64,000 bases of DNA from an uncultured Chthonomonadaceae bacterium (GTDB taxonomy: Bacteria > Armatimonadota > Chthonomonadetes > Chthonomonadales > Chthonomonadaceae). The notes beneath the pieces are model-generated. The model did no database searches. It was given only the letters and a program-made list of their open reading frames with translations, and was not told the DNA's origin. Position 1 is the stretch's first letter. Each line of letters starts with the position of its first letter. Below, in pieces: positions 48,481 through 57,494 of this stretch. Location of the stretch: positions 1 through 64,000 of the forward strand of contig CAWIEK010000024.1 of NCBI GenBank assembly GCA_963835065.1. Reading direction: 5' to 3'. The position numbers were made by a program, and so were the translations under genes.

Positions 48481-48999
48481 TTATTGCCGTGTCAGGGTGA
48501 AGACAGCGCCGACATTGACATGGCTTGGATCGGAAGGCAGTCCGGGCAGGAGCAATATTCCTCCCAAATGTCCCTGAGCGTCAAAACCATAGTTGCCGTT
48601 GGCAGGATTACTCTGGCTGCCCTGCACAACGGTTCCTCTCACAATGCCTGTCGTGGTGTCGCCGCTGGTATCGAATTGGGCGTCCACCGTGCCGTCCTGA
48701 TTGGCAGTCGCATTGTGGAGCGTACCTGTGATTTTGCCCTTCGCGTCAATGTCGAGCGTCAAGTTTCCGGTTTGCAGGGGGCCGAGGGTTGATCCGAGAT
48801 TCGTCGGGGTCTGCCATGTGCCGATCCAGCGGCCAACAAACTTGGAAAGCGGCTGCGGCGGCGTCAGTTGAGCCACGGGAAAAGAGGAGGCTGGCTGAAA
48901 GTCCTGGGGGCGTATAGGCCCGCCATATCCGCATCCAATGAGCAAGCTGCTGCCGAGTGTGAGCGGGATCAGCAGTAAGAGCGCGTGAGAAGTTCGCAT
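48481..48999 (-). CDS. Lipoprotein
   Basis: LLIGC lipobox; GGAGG RBS. Confidence 0.75.
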   Translation of the reverse strand: MRTSHALLLLIPLTLGSSLLIGCGYGGPIRPQDFQPASSFPVAQLTPPQPLSKFVGRWIGTWQTPTNLGSTLGPLQTGNLTLDIDAKGKITGTLHNATANQDGTVDAQFDTSGDTTTGIVRGTVVQGSQSNPANGNYGFDAQGHLGGILLLPGLPSDPSHVNVGAVFTLTRQ

Positions 49000-49185
49000 A
49001 GTCCCTCCTGAATGGCAACGATTGCAAAAACCTACGCTTCTTGCGGCGACACGAAAGCATTCGGATACGCCGCAGTTTGTAGATAGGGCTTTCTTTCGCT
49101 ATTGCTTACCAAACCTCCTGCAAATCCCCCACATTTCTGAGAGGCAAAGAAACTCCTGCGCAAGTTGGACGCGCAAAAACATTCC

Positions 49186-49214
49186 TTGACAACTGCGCGT
49201 TTTCCGAATATGAT
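49186..49214 (+). promoter_or_regulatory. Sigma70 promoter
   Basis: TTGACA-17-TATGAT. Confidence 0.75.
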
Positions 49215-49254
49215 TGAGTAACTTATTCCGCAAGCAAGTAGAAAAGGAACAACC

Positions 49255-51099
49255 ATGCGCTTTCGCACTACCTCACGTATTCTGCTGCCTCTCATTCCGA
49301 TGGCTGCCCTTGCCCTTGCCCTGCCGCAGTTCGCGGCGCGCGGGCAGGCGGACGGCAAGCCGACAGTGGTAAAAATCACTGAAGCCAACGGGACGTTTCA
49401 TCTGACCTGCAACGGACAGCCGTTTGTCATCAAGGGCGCGGGCGGCGACGGCTCCAAGAAACTGCTGCATGACGCGGGCGGCAATTCGTTTCGGACGTGG
49501 GGCGTGGACAATCTCGGCCCGCTGCTTGACGAAGCCCAGAAGCAGGGTTTGATGGTGACGGCGGGAATCTGGCTCGGCCATAAGGAACACGGCTTCGATT
49601 ACAACAACGCCGATCAAGTGGCGGAACAGTACGACAAAGCGCGGCAGGCCATTCTCAAGTACAAAGACCATCCCGCCCTGCTGATGTGGGGCATCGGCAA
49701 CGAAATGGAAGGCTACGAAAAAGGCGACAATGCCGCCATCTGGTCGGCTGTCAACAACATCGCTGCCTTAGCCAAAAAACTTGATCCGAACCATCCCACC
49801 ATGACCGTGATCGCCGAAATCGGCGGCGACAAGGTGAAGAACATCAATCGCCTGTGCCCCGACATAGACATTGTGGGCATCAACAGCTACGGCGGCGGGC
49901 CAAGCCTTGCAGCCCGTTATAAGCAGGCGGGCGGCGTGAAGCCCTATGTGGTCACGGAATTCGGGCCGGCGGGCGTGTGGGAAAGCGGCAAAAACAAGTG
50001 GGGCGCGGTTCCCGAACTGAGCAGCACCGCGAAAGCCGCCGCGTATAAAAACACGTGGCAGCAGGCGATTGCGGGGCAAAGTTTAAGTTTGGGCGGGTAC
50101 GCTTTCGCGTGGGGCAACAAGCAGGAAGCGACGGCAACGTGGTTCGGCCTGCTATTGCCGGACGGCAGCCGATTAGGAGGCGTGGACGCCCTGACGGAGT
50201 GCTGGACAGGCAAGCCGCCCGCCAATCGCTGCCCCGAACTGCGCAGCCTGAAAATCGAGGGCGTGGACGAAGCCGATCCCGGCGCAACCGTAAAAGCCAC
50301 TTTAGACGTTTCAGACCCGGAAAGCGACCCGCTCAAAGTGCAATGGGTGCTGCAGGCCGATGCGGGCAAACTGAATACCAACGGCGACACGGAAGCCGCC
50401 CCGCCAACGTTCCCGGACGCCATTGTCAACAGTGACAGCAAGCAGGCAACGTTACGGATGCCTAAGGGTGGCGGCATTTACCGCTTGTTCGCATACGTGC
50501 GCGACAATCACGGCGGCGCAGCCGTCGCCAACGTTCCGATTTTGGTGAAAGGCGCATCCCCCGCGCCTACGCCTGCCCTTGCCGGCGTTTCCAAAGCCAG
50601 CACCCTGCCTCTCGTTGTGTATGCGGAAGCCGGGCAAACCGTTCCGTTTATCCCGTCCGGTTACATGGGCAATGCGGGCGCGATTAAGATGAACGAACAG
50701 TGCGCGGACAATCCGCACAGCGGCAAAACCTGTCTGGAAGTGCAGTACGCGGCCAAAACGGATTGGGGTGGCGTGGTCTGGCAATCGCCTGCCAACGATT
50801 GGGGCGACCAGCCCGGCGGCAAAAACCTGACCGGAGCCAGCAAATTGACGTTCTGGGCGCGCGGCGCAAAGGGCGGCGAATCCGTAAACTTCCTGTGCGG
50901 CATTATCGGGCGCGACAAACCCTATTTCGACACGGTTCAAGCCAAATTAGAAAAGGCAACGCTGACAAAAGAGTGGAAGCAGTACAGCATTGACCTCAAA
51001 GGCAAAGACCTGACGCGCATCAAAAGCGGCTTCGGCTGGACGCTCGGTTCCACCGGCGAACCCATCACGTTCTACCTCGATGACATTCGCTACGAGTAA
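49255..51099 (+). CDS. Secreted clan GH-A glycoside hydrolase (GH2-TIM-like) with a C-terminal CBM-like domain
   Basis: WGIGNE and VTEFG catalytic motifs; LTFWARG...FYLDDIRYE. Confidence 0.85.
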   Translation: MRFRTTSRILLPLIPMAALALALPQFAARGQADGKPTVVKITEANGTFHLTCNGQPFVIKGAGGDGSKKLLHDAGGNSFRTWGVDNLGPLLDEAQKQGLMVTAGIWLGHKEHGFDYNNADQVAEQYDKARQAILKYKDHPALLMWGIGNEMEGYEKGDNAAIWSAVNNIAALAKKLDPNHPTMTVIAEIGGDKVKNINRLCPDIDIVGINSYGGGPSLAARYKQAGGVKPYVVTEFGPAGVWESGKNKWGAVPELSSTAKAAAYKNTWQQAIAGQSLSLGGYAFAWGNKQEATATWFGLLLPDGSRLGGVDALTECWTGKPPANRCPELRSLKIEGVDEADPGATVKATLDVSDPESDPLKVQWVLQADAGKLNTNGDTEAAPPTFPDAIVNSDSKQATLRMPKGGGIYRLFAYVRDNHGGAAVANVPILVKGASPAPTPALAGVSKASTLPLVVYAEAGQTVPFIPSGYMGNAGAIKMNEQCADNPHSGKTCLEVQYAAKTDWGGVVWQSPANDWGDQPGGKNLTGASKLTFWARGAKGGESVNFLCGIIGRDKPYFDTVQAKLEKATLTKEWKQYSIDLKGKDLTRIKSGFGWTLGSTGEPITFYLDDIRYE

Positions 51100-51116
51100 A
51101 CCGCTTTACAACTGTT

Positions 51117-51329
51117 TCAAAACACGACATGCAGCACGTCCGGGTCGCAATCGGACGCGCTGCGCTGCGTTTCCGGCTGTGTTTTGGCGCGTTCCGGCTG
51201 TCCCTTGCAGCACAGGGCGGCGGCGCTGACCAGCATCGCGGCACAGGAAACGACAACGATACCAACGCCGAGAACAAAGATAATGGGGCAGTGCAGGCAA
51301 TTCAGCCATAAACCGTGCAAGTTCGTCAT
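51117..51329 (-). CDS. Small Cys-rich membrane protein
   Basis: GAGGGAG RBS; one TM helix. Confidence 0.4.
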   Translation of the reverse strand: MTNLHGLWLNCLHCPIIFVLGVGIVVVSCAAMLVSAAALCCKGQPERAKTQPETQRSASDCDPDVLHVVF

Positions 51330-51584
51330 GGTTCTGTCTCCCTCATGGCAGGAAGCGCAAACGTGGAAGAGGATAGTGCTGCTCCCATTATAAGGCATAA
51401 TGTGTAAAAATACCATAAACTTTTCGGCATATTTTCCGCGAACTGCATCACTTTGGTTCTGTGAAGCGCGTAACAAGAAGCCCCTGTCTTGATGGTCACG
51501 CCGACGAGGGCGGAAACATCAAGGCGGGGGCTTTAAATGCTGCCGGAACAACTTCTACGCGCCTCTGGAAAGCAGGAATAACTT

Positions 51585-52463
51585 ATGCCTACGCGCCGTT
51601 TCTTCTCTCGTCCTGTCCTCCTCGCTTGTGGCCTGTTGCTCGCGCTGGTGGCTGTACCCTGTGCGCTGACGTGGCGGGCATGGCGGCAGGAGAAGTTAGA
51701 TCAGGCGCTGGCGGCGGCAGTCGAACAGTACAATTCTGCGGCCACTCTGGACCTGCTCAGGCGGGGCGCGAACCCGGACGCCTGCAAAGGGACGGGACAG
51801 GTCCTCTCCCTGTGGCAACAATGGAAAGCCTGGCAGGAGCGACTTGGAGGGACAACGCCCGCAGCGCCTACGGGTACGCCTGTCCTGCTCCTTGCGATCA
51901 CCAATCTGCCTTCACCCTATGAGAACAAGGCAGGATATGCGCGGGGCGTAGCCATCGTGAAAGCCTTGCTGGATCGCGGGGCGCAGGTGGCTGTCAACAA
52001 TGAAGAGGGCGTTCCCCTCCTCAGCCTTGCTGTCGAGTTGGCCTATGATACGCAGATCGCGCGTCTGCTGCTTCAGCCTCACGACCACGTCAGCCCGCCC
52101 GCGCTTGACACCAAAAACCCGTTAAATGGAAGAACCCCCTTAATGGCCGCTGCCGGATGGGGCGAGCCGGACATGCTGAACCTGCTGCTCGGCGCAGGCG
52201 CGAACATTGACGCGCAAGGACAGGGCGGATGGACGGCGCTGATGCTTGCCGTGAACAAGGGGAGGGATGAAAACGTGGCTTGCCTGCTCGCCCATCATGC
52301 GAACCTCCGCATCAAAAACAGCATCGGGGAAACGGCGCTGTCTATGGCGCGAGTAAGCCGAACAACTTCCTTTACACACGACGCAGGAGCGGATTTCTGG
52401 CCGCGATTAGTGAAGATGCTTGAGCAGGCGGACGCCATAAATTCCGCCGCGACAGTCAAGTAA
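51585..52463 (+). CDS. Ankyrin repeat protein with an N-terminal TM helix
   Basis: GRTPLMAAA, GWTALMLA and GETAL repeats. Confidence 0.9.
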   Translation: MPTRRFFSRPVLLACGLLLALVAVPCALTWRAWRQEKLDQALAAAVEQYNSAATLDLLRRGANPDACKGTGQVLSLWQQWKAWQERLGGTTPAAPTGTPVLLLAITNLPSPYENKAGYARGVAIVKALLDRGAQVAVNNEEGVPLLSLAVELAYDTQIARLLLQPHDHVSPPALDTKNPLNGRTPLMAAAGWGEPDMLNLLLGAGANIDAQGQGGWTALMLAVNKGRDENVACLLAHHANLRIKNSIGETALSMARVSRTTSFTHDAGADFWPRLVKMLEQADAINSAATVK

Positions 52464-52593
52464 TCGCCGCCCTGATTGCCAACGACACGCCCCTACAAGG
52501 CAAGATGAAGTCAGGGGATGGAGTCAGAATTTGAACAGGGATTCTGCTATACTACGAGTGATAAGCAGAAACAAAAGCCTGTAAGGAGCGCAA

Positions 52594-53280
52594 ATGTCGG
52601 ACACGTCGCAAGTTGCCAACCCCGGCAGCACATTGGGCGAGGCCGTGGGAGCGTTGGTCGAAAAAGAGGTCAACCGCCTGATGCGCCCGATTGCGGAAGA
52701 GTACGGCTGCGTGTACGTGACGGCAGGCAAACCCGATCCCCACGCGGCCCGCGCAACCAAACTGTTAATGCAAGATGCGGCAGGCAGGCAGTTCCAAATC
52801 GCGGCTGTCATTGCTTCCCGGCGCATACAACCCCTCATTCTCATTGATGCCGTATACGCAGGCAACGCGAAACGCGCGCAGGAAAAAGGGAGTGAAATAG
52901 GGGTGGCGCATCACCATTTGCGCAGCGCCTATCCTGCCATCCGCCAATCTATCGCTGTTCTTATCGGAAACTGGAGTGCGTCTTCAAAAGCCATAATGCG
53001 AAGTTCCGACACAACCATTTTTGAAGTCGGCACTCCGAAAATAGTATCCACGCTGGCACAATATGGGATTGAGTTTGAGGTAAGCGAGAAAGAGCCGGAA
53101 CACGCGATTGCGGCATGGCATCGGTGGAAAGAACTGAACGCCTCAGAATACGATGCTATTGCCCATGCACTGCTGGAAGATATAGAACCGGAACTGCGGA
53201 AAACACTTCAAATCGCGCTGAATAGGCGCCTTCCGCGAAAAACACGAGCGCCAAGATGTGAAAAGATTGCGCGGCTGTAG
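52594..53280 (+). CDS. Type II restriction-endonuclease-like protein, apparently non-catalytic
   Basis: AAGGAG RBS; architecture recalls BanI-type enzymes, but the expected D and ExK positions read A and DAV. Confidence 0.5.
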   Translation: MSDTSQVANPGSTLGEAVGALVEKEVNRLMRPIAEEYGCVYVTAGKPDPHAARATKLLMQDAAGRQFQIAAVIASRRIQPLILIDAVYAGNAKRAQEKGSEIGVAHHHLRSAYPAIRQSIAVLIGNWSASSKAIMRSSDTTIFEVGTPKIVSTLAQYGIEFEVSEKEPEHAIAAWHRWKELNASEYDAIAHALLEDIEPELRKTLQIALNRRLPRKTRAPRCEKIARL

Positions 53281-53292
53281 ATATAACCATGA

Positions 53293-54154
53293 CTATTTCA
53301 CAGCCGCCTTTGAGGGTGATAAAGGCGCGACGGCGATATTGATGTGGCGGTAAGTCACGCCGTTTTCTTCAATCTCCTCTATCCTGTTCAACTGTTCTTC
53401 GGACACCAGAACGATATAACGGTAGTTTGCCAGTTCGATACCGCCAAGTATCCCGGCATTGTAAAGCGCGGCCTGCTTACGCGCATATTCGGCTTTAGCG
53501 TTTGCCTCAGTCTGCGCCTCGACCTTCTTCCATTCCGTCAACACCAAGCCGTCAGCAGTACGTTGAACAGTATCCGTGTTGAGTGGCCTGTCTGGAAATA
53601 CGAGGTCAGTTCTCGCCCCCTCTGCATTGGCTTTGAAGGCGTAAATGCCATGCAGCAACAAATGCGCGGCCCCCAACTTTTCGCAGGCCGTTTCGCCTAC
53701 ATCAAAGGCTTTCTGCCATCGCTCCTGAATGTCTTCAGCCGCCACAATGCTTTGTTGGAGATGCAGAAAGGCGCGTTCCGATTGGCGTTTAATGACTTCG
53801 GAAATGTTCGTAAGGAGGTAGTTCACTTCCGTAATGAGCAGCAATAGACTGAAGAGCAGAGAGTCTGGCTGTTATCTGAGGCAGCACTCCATCATTGTGT
53901 GTGAACTCGTATCCATTCCCTATGCCGAAGTAGTTCTGTACATTTTGGCTGGCTTCTCCGGGTATCACATATCTAAATTTTTCGTAGAACTGTTTCAAAC
54001 TGGCTTTAGCGAGATTGGCTTGGCCTGCAAGAGTGGTTGACAGTTGATGAAGATGGTTGTTATGCTGTTGTTTGTATGTGTCTAATCGTTCCCCAATCTC
54101 TACAAGGGCTTTGACTCGCCCGCAGATAGCTGTCCACTCGTTTTGCCAATTCAT
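53293..54154 (-). pseudogene. Hypothetical PD-(D/E)xK-like protein split by a frameshift near 53830-53860
   Basis: Two overlapping ORFs; RTDLVF...VLTEWKK; AAGGAG RBS. Confidence 0.6.
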
Positions 54155-54231
54155 GATGTGTGTTCTCCTTGATGGTAGATAGCCAATCTACTATGGATAA
54201 CGTTTGCAAACCGGAAACAACTAAGAACGGT

Positions 54232-54515
54232 GTAGTCCGCGCAGGCGGACTTCGTAACCACAGCCGCGCAATTTATTGCACGGACGCTTGTAATTGGTAA
54301 CATAAAAGTTTGCACAACGCGGAAGCTTCTACCCTCACCGGGCGTCCACTTGTGGACACGGCCCCTCTCCCTGATTCGTCCGCAACGCGGACAGGGAGAG
54401 GGGAGCAAATGTGTTCACTTTGTGCGTTTTTATTAAGAGCCACTCCCAATAGGCGCGGCATTTGCGTCTGCAAGACGCTTGCACTTTCCTGCCGGGGATT
54501 TTCAATCCCCGGCCA
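54232..54515. repeat. Cluster of three REP-like families
   Basis: GTAGTCCGCGCAGGCGGACT; CCCCTCTCCCTG/CAGGGAGAGGGG; CCGGGGATTTTCAATCCCCGG. Confidence 0.7.
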
Positions 54516-54580
54516 GAAAAAGCTGCAACCTTTTTCCTCCACAAGTCGTCTGAATAAATGTACATGCGTCTACCATACAC

Positions 54581-54735
54581 AAAGGAGAACAGATGCCTAT
54601 GCTCTGCCTGCTCCCACTGCCGCCCTGACGCCGCTGAGGTCACGACGCCTCACTCTTACAACCAGACACAACGAGACATCGGGCTGGAAGCGCTGTATTG
54701 CCAAGATTTCGACGCTGCCTCTACATACTCTTATC
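54581..54735 (+). other. Conserved element, copy 2: RBS, mini-ORF MPMLCLLPLPP* and 115-nt core
   Basis: Core matches copy 1 (35436-35550) at 108 of 115 positions. Confidence 0.85.
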
Positions 54736-54773
54736 TTTATCTTTATCTTTTATCTTTATCTTATCCCTCATCC

Positions 54774-55457
54774 TTACCGATAATCGGGGCGAACGGCATA
54801 CGCAATCGGGTCTTCCAAGCCCGCGCGCTGGAAACCGCGCAGGCGCAGGGCGCAGCTGTCGCACACGCCGCAGGCCACATCCTGACTCTGGTAACAACTC
54901 CACGTCAGATGCAGCGGCGCGTTCAGTTCCAGCCCTTTGCGGATAATGTCTTCTTTGTTCAGATAAATAATCGGCGTTTCAATGCGAATGTCGCCCGCCG
55001 CCGTGCCAAGCCGTATCACTTCGTTGAACGCGGCGTAGTATTCCGGGCGGCAGTCGGGATAGCCGCTGCTGTCCTCATACACCACGCCGATGTACAGCCG
55101 TTTCGCGCCGCACACTTCCGCCCACGACACGCCCACGCTCAAAATATGCGCGTTGCGGAAGGGAACATACGACGTGGGTATCTCCTGATTGTCCAGATCG
55201 GCCTGCGTGACCGGCATACTCGCGTCCGTCAGGCTGCTGCCGCCAATCGCCGCAAGGTGCGCAATGGAGCAGGTCATCCGCCGCGCATGGGGAATCTGGT
55301 AAAAGTCGGCCAGTTCGTGGAACGCCTGCAATTCCCGCTGTTCCGTGCGCTGTCCATAATTCAAATGCAGAAAATTCAACTCGTGACCGTCTTCCCGCGC
55401 CAAAGCCGCCGTCACGCACGAGTCCATGCCGCCCGAAACCAGTACAATCGCCCGCAT
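54774..55457 (-). CDS. queC: 7-cyano-7-deazaguanine synthase
   Basis: SGGMDS, YVPFRN, GYPDCR and TWSCY...CGVCDSC motifs. Confidence 0.97.
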   Translation of the reverse strand: MRAIVLVSGGMDSCVTAALAREDGHELNFLHLNYGQRTEQRELQAFHELADFYQIPHARRMTCSIAHLAAIGGSSLTDASMPVTQADLDNQEIPTSYVPFRNAHILSVGVSWAEVCGAKRLYIGVVYEDSSGYPDCRPEYYAAFNEVIRLGTAAGDIRIETPIIYLNKEDIIRKGLELNAPLHLTWSCYQSQDVACGVCDSCALRLRGFQRAGLEDPIAYAVRPDYR

Positions 55458-55719
55458 AAGCCTTGCTCCTCGTAGTTTTTCACCACCAAGACGCCAAGAA
55501 CACCAAGAGAAAAGAGAAGAAGAGAAGAAGAGAAGAAGACATTTACCTATCAAACCTAACATATTCTTTTGCTTTGACTTACTTGGTGTTCTTGGCGTCT
55601 TGGTGGTGAATAGTTGTTCCTTCTCGTTCCTCAATTGCTGTAAACCACCATTTTACCGCGAAACTCCAAAACGATGTTGAGAAAATAAACGCGGATGGTT
55701 CGTATTCTTAGCAGGACAG

Positions 55720-55755
55720 TTGACGCGCCCGACAAGTTTGTGATAAACTTCACAG
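55720..55755 (+). promoter_or_regulatory. nuo promoter with a Rex/CRP-type operator over the -10 box
   Basis: TTGACG-18-TAAACT with TGn extension; TTGTGA-TAAACT-TCACAG palindrome at 55738-55755. Confidence 0.7.
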
Positions 55756-55915
55756 AAGATAAAGAAGAGGGTGTTCAGGTATTCGGTGTTCGGTGTTGCA
55801 TATTCGGACAAGCCACCATTTCCAAGAGGGTGCGTAAAGCGCGTGGGTGGCTGACCTGAAAACCTGTTGGGAACAAACTGCCGCAGCCCGGCGTAACAGG
55901 GCAGGGGAACGATTA

Positions 55916-56500
55916 GTGAACAGTTATATACCTATTGCCGTATTGGTGTTGGTGGCGACGGTGATTGCTGCCGCGATGGTAGGCGGCTCCTTCTTTCTCG
56001 GTCCCAAAAAGCCCGGGGCGCAGAAAGAAACGCCCTACGAATGCGGCATGACGCCCGTTGGCTCTGCCCGTGAGCGCTTTCCCATCAAGTTCTACCTGAT
56101 CGCGATGCTGTTCATCGTGTTCGACATCGAAACCATTTTCCTGTATCCCTGGGCCGTCAACTATGGCGCGCTCGCCCACTCCCTGAAAGTGTTTAACCTG
56201 ATTGAAATGGCCGTATTTGTTATCATCTTGTTTGTCGGCTATTTCTACATCATCGGCAAGGGCGCATTGGATTGGGACGAGAGCGAGCAGGCCCGCAACG
56301 CCGACGTGCTGACCGCCCATGTTGTCGCGCCGCGTGGCGCGCTCCGTTATGGCAACGAAGACTCCGGCCCCGCCGACCTGTCCAAAACGCCCATCGGCCC
56401 GCGCGTTCCCACTTATGGCGCAAGTTCGCAGGAACTCTACCAGCGCATGCCCGACCAAAGCGTCCCGGCCCTGCCCCGCGACGTGCCGCGTATTCAGTGA
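55916..56500 (+). CDS. nuoA: NADH-quinone oxidoreductase subunit A with a C-terminal extension
   Basis: PYECG, FYLIAMLFIVFDIE and KGALDW motifs. Confidence 0.95.
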   Translation: MNSYIPIAVLVLVATVIAAAMVGGSFFLGPKKPGAQKETPYECGMTPVGSARERFPIKFYLIAMLFIVFDIETIFLYPWAVNYGALAHSLKVFNLIEMAVFVIILFVGYFYIIGKGALDWDESEQARNADVLTAHVVAPRGALRYGNEDSGPADLSKTPIGPRVPTYGASSQELYQRMPDQSVPALPRDVPRIQ

Positions 56501-56501
56501 A

Positions 56502-56625
56502 GAGTAGTCAGTAGTCAGTAGTCAGTAGTCAGTAGAAAGCCCGCTCTCGTAAGGTTGTACTGACAGGTAAAGCCATAAGTAGACAGGAATTTCTACTGAC
56601 TACTGACTACTGACTACTGACTACT
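56502..56625. repeat. Inverted heptamer arrays (AGTAGTC)n ... (GACTACT)n
   Basis: Read directly between nuoA and nuoC. Confidence 0.95.
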
Positions 56626-56637
56626 TCTGAGGTACTC

Positions 56638-57351
56638 ATGGTTCAATCGCCTCCGCCACCCGCAGTGGAAACCGTTCCTGAGCGGCTGGAAGTGCAAAAA
56701 ATTCGCGCGCTGTTTCCCGACGCCATTCTGGACGTGAACCTGTTTCGCGGTGACACGCGCATTATGGTGCAGCGCCAGCACATCGTGGAAGTCTGCCGCC
56801 TTATGCGCGACGACCCGCAATTGCAATACAACTTCTTTGTGGAATGTCTCGGCGTAGACTATCTGGACTACCGCGACGACTACCGCTTTGAAGTGGTGTA
56901 CAACCTGTACTCGCTGCCCTGGGAAAAAGACGGCAAGCGCTACGGGCACAACACGCGCATTTTTCTGAAAGTGCCCGTGCCCGAAGAAGACGCAATTGTT
57001 CCGAGCGTGACAAGCATCTACCCCGGCGCGAACTTTCCCGAACGCGAAATTTTCGATATGTTCGGCGTCCGCTTTTCCGGGCATCCCGATTTGCGGCGGA
57101 TTTTAATGCCGGACGACTGGATCGGGAATCCACAGCGCAAGGATTACCCGCTCGGCGGCGAGCGCGTCCAATTTCCGGGCGGCAAGTACGGCCCGTCCGT
57201 TGCCGAAGTGCCCGTCCAGCACCCCGGCGAGTCCTTCTACGGCAAAACCGGCGACGAGCAGGGAGAAAAGTACGGTCACGTTCGCACCCCCACGCCGGAC
57301 AAAGGGCCGGGAACGCAGTTGCCGCCGGCGGGAGAACCGGGCAAGAGTTGA
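56638..57351 (+). CDS. nuoC: NADH-quinone oxidoreductase subunit C
   Basis: [24 protein letters not shown]...RKDYPL. Confidence 0.96.
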   Translation: MVQSPPPPAVETVPERLEVQKIRALFPDAILDVNLFRGDTRIMVQRQHIVEVCRLMRDDPQLQYNFFVECLGVDYLDYRDDYRFEVVYNLYSLPWEKDGKRYGHNTRIFLKVPVPEEDAIVPSVTSIYPGANFPEREIFDMFGVRFSGHPDLRRILMPDDWIGNPQRKDYPLGGERVQFPGGKYGPSVAEVPVQHPGESFYGKTGDEQGEKYGHVRTPTPDKGPGTQLPPAGEPGKS

Positions 57352-57476
57352 TAGTTGATGGTTGATAGTTGATAGGCAAGCACAGACAATATCTACCTTC
57401 GCCTTTCACCCATTTTACAAGCGGCACAAGCTACGCTGACAGGTCACTATCAACTAAAAACTATCAACTATCAACT
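57346..57476. repeat. Inverted heptamer arrays (GTTGATA)n ... (TATCAAC)n
   Basis: Read directly between nuoC and nuoD. Confidence 0.93.
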
Positions 57477-57494
57477 TTCCCGAAGGGAAAACTC

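Noticed and set aside
54774..55457. queC as part of a Dpd or Qat defence system
   Set aside because: Canonical length and motifs, with no dpdA, qat or tatD neighbours.
55458..55720. preQ1 riboswitch upstream of queC
   Set aside because: No recognisable preQ1 stem with A-rich tail; the region is occupied by the 9-mer inverted element.
57369..57494. N-terminal extensions in the ORF track for nuoD, queC, fucI, Uma2 and hsdM
   Set aside because: The extensions run through repeat elements or non-coding leaders; downstream starts have an RBS and match family N-termini.
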